DNA of 64,000 nucleotides from Betaproteobacteria bacterium (GTDB lineage Bacteria; Pseudomonadota; Gammaproteobacteria; Burkholderiales; JAHFQX01): NCBI GenBank assembly GCA_023259135.1, contig JAHFQX010000009.1, positions 2,519 to 66,518 of the forward strand, read 5' to 3'. Shown piece by piece: positions 58,699 to 64,000 of this stretch (position 1 is its first letter; each line of letters starts with the position of its first letter). The notes under the pieces were generated by a model. It saw only the letters and a program-made list of their open reading frames with translations, ran no database searches and was not told where the DNA came from. The position numbers and the translations under genes were made by a program.

Positions 58699-59118
58699 TT
58701 AGGCCAGCTTGAAGCGGGGCAGGGTGATGTCGTCGGTGATTTTCTGGCAAACCAACCGCACCGGCATGTCGAAGACGACTTTTTCGGCATCCCCCTCGAT
58801 CAGGGAGCTGATCATGCGGGGACCTTCCTCCAACTCCACCAGCAGCACGGCATAGGGCGTGTCTTTCTTGAAGGCCGGTCCCGGGGCCCGGTAGACCACG
58901 CTGAAGGAATGCACCTTGCCGCGTCCCGAGGCAGGGCGATGTTCCAGGCGTTCCGAATTGCATTTGTGGCACATGCTTTTCTGGTAATACTGGACATGGC
59001 CGCAGTCCAGGCAGTGCTGGAGCAACAACTGACCTTTCTTTAGGCCATCCCAAAAGGCGAAGGTATCTCCGTCCGGGGTTGGCAGAGGTTTTTTCAGGGC
59101 TTCTTCCATGGTGATCAT
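58699..59118 (-). CDS. DUF35-type Zn-ribbon + OB-fold protein
   Basis: CLDCGHVQYYQKSMCHKC zinc ribbon followed by OB-fold (GKVHSFSVVY...). ATG 59118 overlaps the upstream stop (ATGA). Confidence 0.82.
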   Translation of the reverse strand: MITMEEALKKPLPTPDGDTFAFWDGLKKGQLLLQHCLDCGHVQYYQKSMCHKCNSERLEHRPASGRGKVHSFSVVYRAPGPAFKKDTPYAVLLVELEEGPRMISSLIEGDAEKVVFDMPVRLVCQKITDDITLPRFKLA

Positions 59119-60305
59119 AGCGCGGCCTCCGTGCCGAGAATGGTGGTGGCGGCGGTAGCGAATCCCGCCCCGAGATTGTGGACCAGGCCCAGGTTGGCAT
59201 CGGCGACTTGCCGATCGCCGCATTCGCCCCGCAATTGGCGGATGACCTCCCAGAAGTGCAGCAGGGCGCCGGGAATCCCCGGATGGGCATAGGACAAGAG
59301 ACCGCCGTGGGTGTTGCAGGGAATCGTGCCGCCGTAGGTCATCTGGCGGTCTTCCACGAAACGGCCGCCTTCGCCCTTGGGACAGAATCCCAAATCCTCC
59401 AGAACCATGATCACGGTGCCGGTGAAACAGTCGTAGACCCCGGCCACGTCCATATCCTTCGGCCCATAACCCGCCATTTCGTAGGCTTTCTTGCTGGACT
59501 GCACGGCGCCGGTGGTGGTGACCGAGGGCATAAGGAAAATGTGCTCATGGGTATAGCACTCGCCACCGCCGAGGATGTAGACGGGTTTCTTGATGCCCAG
59601 GGATTTGGCCCGCTCCGCCGAGGTGATGAGGAAAGCCGCGCCGCCGTCGGAGATCAGCGAGCAGTCCAGCTTGTGGTAGGGAGAGGTGACCAGGCCGGAA
59701 TTGAGCACGTCGTCCACCGTGATGGGCTTGGTCATCTGGGCCCCCGGGGTGCGCAGGGCGTGCTCCCGCTGGATCACGGCCACTTGGGCCAACTGTTCCG
59801 GAGTGGTGCCGTAGTCCTTCATGTGCCGGTGGGCGGTCATGGCGAAGGTGTTGGACACGGGGATGCCGAAGGGCATCTCGTACTGCTGATCCCGACTCTC
59901 GGTCATGGAGCGCAGCGCTAGGTCGGGGGTCAGCCCGGTGAGCAGGCTGTCGCCCCCCAATACCAGCACGGTTTCCGCCAGGCCGCCGGCGACCGCCGCG
60001 GCGGCGATATTGAACATGGTCGCGGCGGTGGCTCCCGATACCTGCAGGGTGTTGGAGAACGTGGGCTGGATGCCGAAGTATTCGCTGAAGGCGACGCTAA
60101 ACCGGTGAAACGGCGCGGCGAAGGCATGGCCGGCCAATACCCCGTCCACTTGATCCTTGCCGATTCCGGCGTCGGCAAGGGCTTTCTTGGCGGCATCGGC
60201 GGCGAGCCATAACGGGCTTTTGCCTGGCACCTGGCCCACCGGGGACAGGCCGACGCCGATGACGGCGGCTTTGCCCCGGATGGTGGCCTTGGTCTTGCTG
60301 GACAT
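59115..60305 (-). CDS. Thiolase-fold protein lacking the nucleophilic Cys (SCP-x/Ltp-like partner of DUF35)
   Basis: By-eye alignment to the thiolase at 1946-3193 places LQVSGATAAT opposite VENACASAST (Cys to Gly). The C-terminal CNTHGGLLSYAHPG is retained. Confidence 0.8.
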   Translation of the reverse strand: MSSKTKATIRGKAAVIGVGLSPVGQVPGKSPLWLAADAAKKALADAGIGKDQVDGVLAGHAFAAPFHRFSVAFSEYFGIQPTFSNTLQVSGATAATMFNIAAAAVAGGLAETVLVLGGDSLLTGLTPDLALRSMTESRDQQYEMPFGIPVSNTFAMTAHRHMKDYGTTPEQLAQVAVIQREHALRTPGAQMTKPITVDDVLNSGLVTSPYHKLDCSLISDGGAAFLITSAERAKSLGIKKPVYILGGGECYTHEHIFLMPSVTTTGAVQSSKKAYEMAGYGPKDMDVAGVYDCFTGTVIMVLEDLGFCPKGEGGRFVEDRQMTYGGTIPCNTHGGLLSYAHPGIPGALLHFWEVIRQLRGECGDRQVADANLGLVHNLGAGFATAATTILGTEAAL

Positions 60306-60465
60306 GGTGACCCCTCCTGAAGGTGTATGGAGATTGTTGATGGGTGCCGCTTGCCAAACCCCCCGTTGCTGGGCGGGGCTCCCCGTGCGGCCACGGTTTA
60401 AGGCATTATAGCGGCACCCCTTTGTCCGTTCAATTAAACTTGGATTGGGTGATCACCGGTCTGAC

Positions 60466-60921
60466 ATGCAACCGGAAAATCCTGCTGGCTTCCCCGCCGA
60501 CCTGAGCATTCCCCTGGGTTCGTCACGACGCTTGGGTGGGCTGCTGCTGACGGCCCATGCCGTGGGTTGGGGAGTGCTGCCGGCCCTGGATTTGCCGGTC
60601 TGGATCCGGGGAGCGTTGGCGGTGGCCTTGGCCGGAAGTCTCCTCTATGCGCTGTTGCGGGACGGGTGGCGGCGGCTGCCGGGGTCGGTGACCGAGCTGC
60701 GATTGTGGGCCGACGGCAGTTGCGCCGTTAAATTGCGGCAGGGGTCGTGGCAATCTTGTCGCATCCGCGGCGAAAGCTTCGTGGCGCCGTGGCTGACGGT
60801 GCTGAGCTTAGCCCAGGAAGGGCGGCTGCTGCGGCGCTATGTGGTGATTTTGCCCGATGCGCTGGACCCGGAAGCGTTCCGCCGATTGCGGGTATGGCTA
60901 CGCTGGAAGCCGGGCGCGTGA
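60466..60921 (+). CDS. YgfX/CptA-like inner-membrane protein (DUF1434)
   Basis: Two TM helices, then ...ELRLWADGS...APWLTVLSL...VVILPDALDPEAFRRLRVWLRW, resembling E. coli YgfX as I recall it. The track uses a TTG at 60445. Confidence 0.55.
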   Translation: MQPENPAGFPADLSIPLGSSRRLGGLLLTAHAVGWGVLPALDLPVWIRGALAVALAGSLLYALLRDGWRRLPGSVTELRLWADGSCAVKLRQGSWQSCRIRGESFVAPWLTVLSLAQEGRLLRRYVVILPDALDPEAFRRLRVWLRWKPGA

Positions 60922-60950
60922 GATGGGCCGGCGTTTTGACGGTGCCGCTG

Positions 60951-62546
60951 TCAAGTCCCGGAATGGCGGCGGGGCGGCCTGTGCAGCACGGTGTTGCTGG
61001 CCACTGGCAGGGTGTGGGGATAATCGCGGCTGAAGTGCAGTCCCCGGCTTTCGTGGCGTAGCGTGGCGCTTTGCACGATGAGGTCGGCGGTGGCCACCAG
61101 ATTGCGCAAATCCAACAGGTCTCCGACCACCCGGAAGTGGGAGTAATACTCGCCGATTTCCTCCTGGAGCAGCCGGATGCGATGTCGGGCCCGTTCCAGC
61201 CGCTTGTCGGTGCGGACGATCCCCACGTAGTCCCACATGAATCTCCTGAGTTCGTCCCAGTTGTGGGAGATGACGATCTCCTCGTCGGCGTCGGTGACCC
61301 GGCTTTCGTCCCATCCCGGCAATTGCAAGGGTTCCCCCTTGTCTTGGGCCAGGATGTGTTCCGCCGCCGCCCGGCCGAACACCAGGCATTCCAGCAAGGA
61401 ATTGCTGGCCAGCCGATTGGCGCCGTGCAGCCCGGTGTGAGTGGTTTCTCCCACGGCGTAAAGGCCGGCCAGGTCGGTTTGGCCCTGCCGGTCGGTCATG
61501 ATGCCGCCGCAGGTGTAGTGGGCGGCGGGCACCACCGGGATGGGTTGGCGGGTCATGTCGATGCCGAATTCCAGGCAGCGGGAGTGGATGGTGGGGAAAT
61601 GGCGCCGGATAAAATCCGCCGGCTTATGGGAGATATCTAGGTAAACGCAGTCCAGGCCGCGCTTTTTCATCTCGAAGTCGATGGCCCGGGCCACCACGTC
61701 GCGGGGCGCCAGTTCGGCCCGGGGATCGTGGGCCGCCATGAAGGCGGTGCCGTCGGGGAGCCGCAGCATCCCACCCTCTCCCCGCACCGCCTCGGAAATC
61801 AGGAAGCTCTTGGCGTGGGGATGGTAGAGGCAGGTGGGATGAAACTGGATGAACTCCATGTTGGCCACTCGGCACCCCGCCCGCCAGCCCATGGCGATGC
61901 CGTCGCCGGTGGCCGTGTCGGGATTGGTGGTGTAGAGGTAGACCTTGCCGGCGCCGCCGGTGGCCAGCACGGTATGGGGCGCCGAAAGAGTCCGCACCCG
62001 GCCGGTGCTGCGGTCCAGCGCGTAGGCCCCCAGGCAGCGATTGCCCTCCCGGCCCAACTTGGCGGAAGTGATCAAATCCACCGCCACGTGGTGCTCCAGC
62101 ACGGTGATGCTGGACTGGGCATGGAGTTTCTCCACCAGGGTGGTTTGGACGGCGTGGCCGGTGGCGTCGGCGGCATGGATGATGCGCCGGTGGCTGTGAC
62201 CGCCTTCCTGGGCGAGGTGGTATTCCCCCTCTCCATTGTCGTCCCGGGTGAAAGGCACTCCTTGGTCGATGAGCCATTGGACCGCTTCCTGGCTGTGTTC
62301 CACCACGTAGCGGGTCACGCCCTCGTCGCACAGCCCGGCGCCGGCTTGCTGGGTGTCTCGGACATGGGCCTCCAGGGAGTCGTCCTGGGAAAGCACCGCG
62401 GCAATGCCTCCTTGGGCCCAATCCGATGCCCCTTCTAGCAAGGCTCCTTTGGTGATCAGGGCGACGCTGCGCTTGCCGGCGAGGCGCAGCGCCACCGTCA
62501 GCCCAGCGAGGCCGCTGCCGATTACGATGACGTCAAAGCGGTCCAT
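60951..62546 (-). CDS. nadB: L-aspartate oxidase
   Basis: [16 protein letters not shown] motif. Succinate-dehydrogenase/fumarate-reductase flavoprotein fold. ATG 62546; the track extends to 62672. Confidence 0.93.
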   Translation of the reverse strand: MDRFDVIVIGSGLAGLTVALRLAGKRSVALITKGALLEGASDWAQGGIAAVLSQDDSLEAHVRDTQQAGAGLCDEGVTRYVVEHSQEAVQWLIDQGVPFTRDDNGEGEYHLAQEGGHSHRRIIHAADATGHAVQTTLVEKLHAQSSITVLEHHVAVDLITSAKLGREGNRCLGAYALDRSTGRVRTLSAPHTVLATGGAGKVYLYTTNPDTATGDGIAMGWRAGCRVANMEFIQFHPTCLYHPHAKSFLISEAVRGEGGMLRLPDGTAFMAAHDPRAELAPRDVVARAIDFEMKKRGLDCVYLDISHKPADFIRRHFPTIHSRCLEFGIDMTRQPIPVVPAAHYTCGGIMTDRQGQTDLAGLYAVGETTHTGLHGANRLASNSLLECLVFGRAAAEHILAQDKGEPLQLPGWDESRVTDADEEIVISHNWDELRRFMWDYVGIVRTDKRLERARHRIRLLQEEIGEYYSHFRVVGDLLDLRNLVATADLIVQSATLRHESRGLHFSRDYPHTLPVASNTVLHRPPRRHSGT

Positions 62547-62775
62547 GGCAGTTTTGGCGGAATCCCACATCTCTTGGGGGTAAAGCCCAATGATAAACCA
62601 TAAGGGCAGCCCAATCGCCGCTATGCGAATGACCCCATTGCCGAGTGAACTAATGCCCCAAGCGGCGGTCATTGGCTTATCCGGCGGATTGCTTGCGTTT
62701 CCCGGAATCCCTTTGCCCGGTATACTTCGTTGCCCGCCGCAGGGTATTGCGGTGGCGATAACGACAAGCTCAGGG

Positions 62776-63384
62776 ATGATGCCGGTGGGGGATCGTGAGA
62801 TAGATCAGCAACTGGTGGAGCGCGCCCAAGCCGGAGACAAGCGCGCCTTCGAGTTGTTGGTGGCCAAGTATCAGCGCAAGCTGGGCCGGTTGTTGTCGCG
62901 ATTCATTCGGGATCCGGCGGAAGTGGATGATGTCAGCCAAGAGGCATTCATAAAAGCCTATCGGGCGTTGCCCTCGTTTCGGGGCGACAGCGCTTTCTAC
63001 ACTTGGCTCTATCGCATTGGGATCAATACCGCCAAGAACCATTTGGTGGCGGCGGGCCGGCGACCGGCCATCGGCGGGGAACTGGAAGCCCTGGAGGGGG
63101 GCGGCGAGGATTCCCTGGCCCAGGTTGGGGATGTCAATACCCCCGAAGCGGAGTTGATGAGCAAGGAGATTGCCCAGACGGTGAACAACACCCTGGGCCA
63201 GCTTCCGGAGGAGTTGCGAACCGCGATTACGCTCCGGGAGATCGAAGGACTGAGCTACGAGGAAATCGCCCAAATCATGAATTGTCCCATCGGTACGGTG
63301 CGTTCGAGGATTTTCCGGGCTCGAGAGGCCATCGCGGAAAAACTTCGGCCGCTGCTGCAAACGGGTAAAGACAGGAGGTGGTGA
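62776..63384 (+). CDS. rpoE: ECF sigma factor RpoE/AlgU
   Basis: [27 protein letters not shown]...[14 protein letters not shown]...[41 protein letters not shown]. Confidence 0.93.
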   Translation: MMPVGDREIDQQLVERAQAGDKRAFELLVAKYQRKLGRLLSRFIRDPAEVDDVSQEAFIKAYRALPSFRGDSAFYTWLYRIGINTAKNHLVAAGRRPAIGGELEALEGGGEDSLAQVGDVNTPEAELMSKEIAQTVNNTLGQLPEELRTAITLREIEGLSYEEIAQIMNCPIGTVRSRIFRAREAIAEKLRPLLQTGKDRRW

Positions 63385-63385
63385 G

Positions 63386-63904
63386 GTGGAGCAGTTATCC
63401 GCATTGATGGACGGCGAATTGGATGCCGGAGAAGCGAAAGATATCCTGGAGCGAATGAAGGCCCGGGAAGAATTGCGCTCGGAATGGCTCACCCTGCATT
63501 TGATCGGCGATGTCCTGCGGCGGGAGTCGGTATCCGCGGTGGATTTTTGCGAGCGTTTCGCCCGCCGGCTGGCGGAGGAGCCCACCGTTTTGGCGCCGCG
63601 TCCCTCCCTGGCCGGCAAGCTCCAACTAGTTTCGCTGTCCGCCGCGGCGGGCATGGCCGCGGTGGCGGCGGTGGGCTGGCCGATGTTTGCCGCCGATCGG
63701 CCCGACCCCTTGGAAGCGAATAGGGTCCGGGAAGCTTTCGTGGTCCGCAGTCCGGGCAGTGGCATCGCGGAAGGCCCCGCGGCCTTGGAGTATCTGGCGG
63801 CCCACCGGGAATTCTCTCCCGCCATCGCCACACAGGGCGTGGAGCCGTATATTCGCGCCGTTTCCAGTGGGCCGGAGGATTCCCGCTCCTTTCCTCGGCC
63901 GTGA
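63386..63904 (+). CDS. rseA: Anti-sigma-E factor RseA/MucA
   Basis: GTG start 2 nt after the rpoE stop. EQLSALMDGELD N-terminal RseA motif. Central TM segment. Confidence 0.88.
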   Translation: MEQLSALMDGELDAGEAKDILERMKAREELRSEWLTLHLIGDVLRRESVSAVDFCERFARRLAEEPTVLAPRPSLAGKLQLVSLSAAAGMAAVAAVGWPMFAADRPDPLEANRVREAFVVRSPGSGIAEGPAALEYLAAHREFSPAIATQGVEPYIRAVSSGPEDSRSFPRP

Positions 63905-63948
63905 CTCCGACGGTGTATTTCCTGGCCGTTTTCCCCCGAGTTTCCGAG

Positions 63949-64000
63949 GTGCATAGGTTGCGGCGGATCGTTGAATTCCTGTTGTTTCCCGCTTTTACTG
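63949..64000 (+). CDS. rseB: Possible 5' end of rseB/mucB (runs off window)
   Basis: Based on position after rseA and an open frame VHRLRRIVEFLLFPAFT from a GTG. Only 17 codons are visible. Confidence 0.3.
   Translation, partial: MHRLRRIVEFLLFPAFT

Noticed and set aside
60341-60355. Sigma-54-like TGGGTGCCGCTTGCC upstream of the ygfX-like gene
   Set aside because: The spacing is one nucleotide short (GG-N9-GC). The sequence more likely belongs to the 9-bp inverted repeat noted in the findings.
62770-63954. 394-aa minus-strand ORF
   Set aside because: It is antisense to rpoE and rseA and has no recognisable motifs.

Overview
GC-rich (roughly 60-65% by eye) proteobacterial chromosomal segment. 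The gene order (proB-obg-rpmA-rplU next to ispB, hemL-thiE-thiD, nadB next to rpoE-rseA) resembles Gammaproteobacteria such as Pseudomonas; I cannot name the taxon from the sequence alone. I call about 70 protein genes and one tRNA-Pro(CGG). I saw no rRNA, CRISPR array, transposase or integrase. Core content: a 14-gene minus-strand train (thiD-thiE-hemL-ruvCAB-ybgC-tolQRA-tolB-pal-cpoB-queC), hemH-hrcA, fccAB-like sulfide dehydrogenase, glgP, orn, rsgA, pilSR, ampD and purU. Most unusual locus (20.4-26.3 kb): a Slam/DUF560-like outer-membrane translocon gene lies 14 nt upstream of a 1484-codon ORF. That ORF encodes a signal peptide, a FecR-like domain, a Pro/Ala-rich spacer and four tandem TbpB-lobe-like modules. 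It has no lipobox, and no TonB-dependent receptor gene is nearby. I regard this as a candidate undescribed type XI secretion cargo. Other items: (1) a glrK-qseG-glrR-like operon followed by a sigma-54 promoter and two TGTC-N10-GACA boxes in front of a glycine-zipper membrane protein gene; (2) a rubrerythrin / CCG Fe-S / DUF3501 / CNP1 operon with a promoter-proximal perfect palindrome; (3) a 1.8-kb insertion between rplU and ispB carrying a beta-barrel gene bracketed by ~194-bp direct repeats and an antitoxin remnant; (4) a 194-bp MITE-like element; (5) a locus with three TauD-family paralogs, a Bug-gene fragment and a Cys-less thiolase-fold/DUF35 pair; (6) three tandem SDR paralogs with a thiolase and an acyl-CoA ligase. 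All functional calls rest on by-eye motif recognition in the ORF translations. No database search was run.
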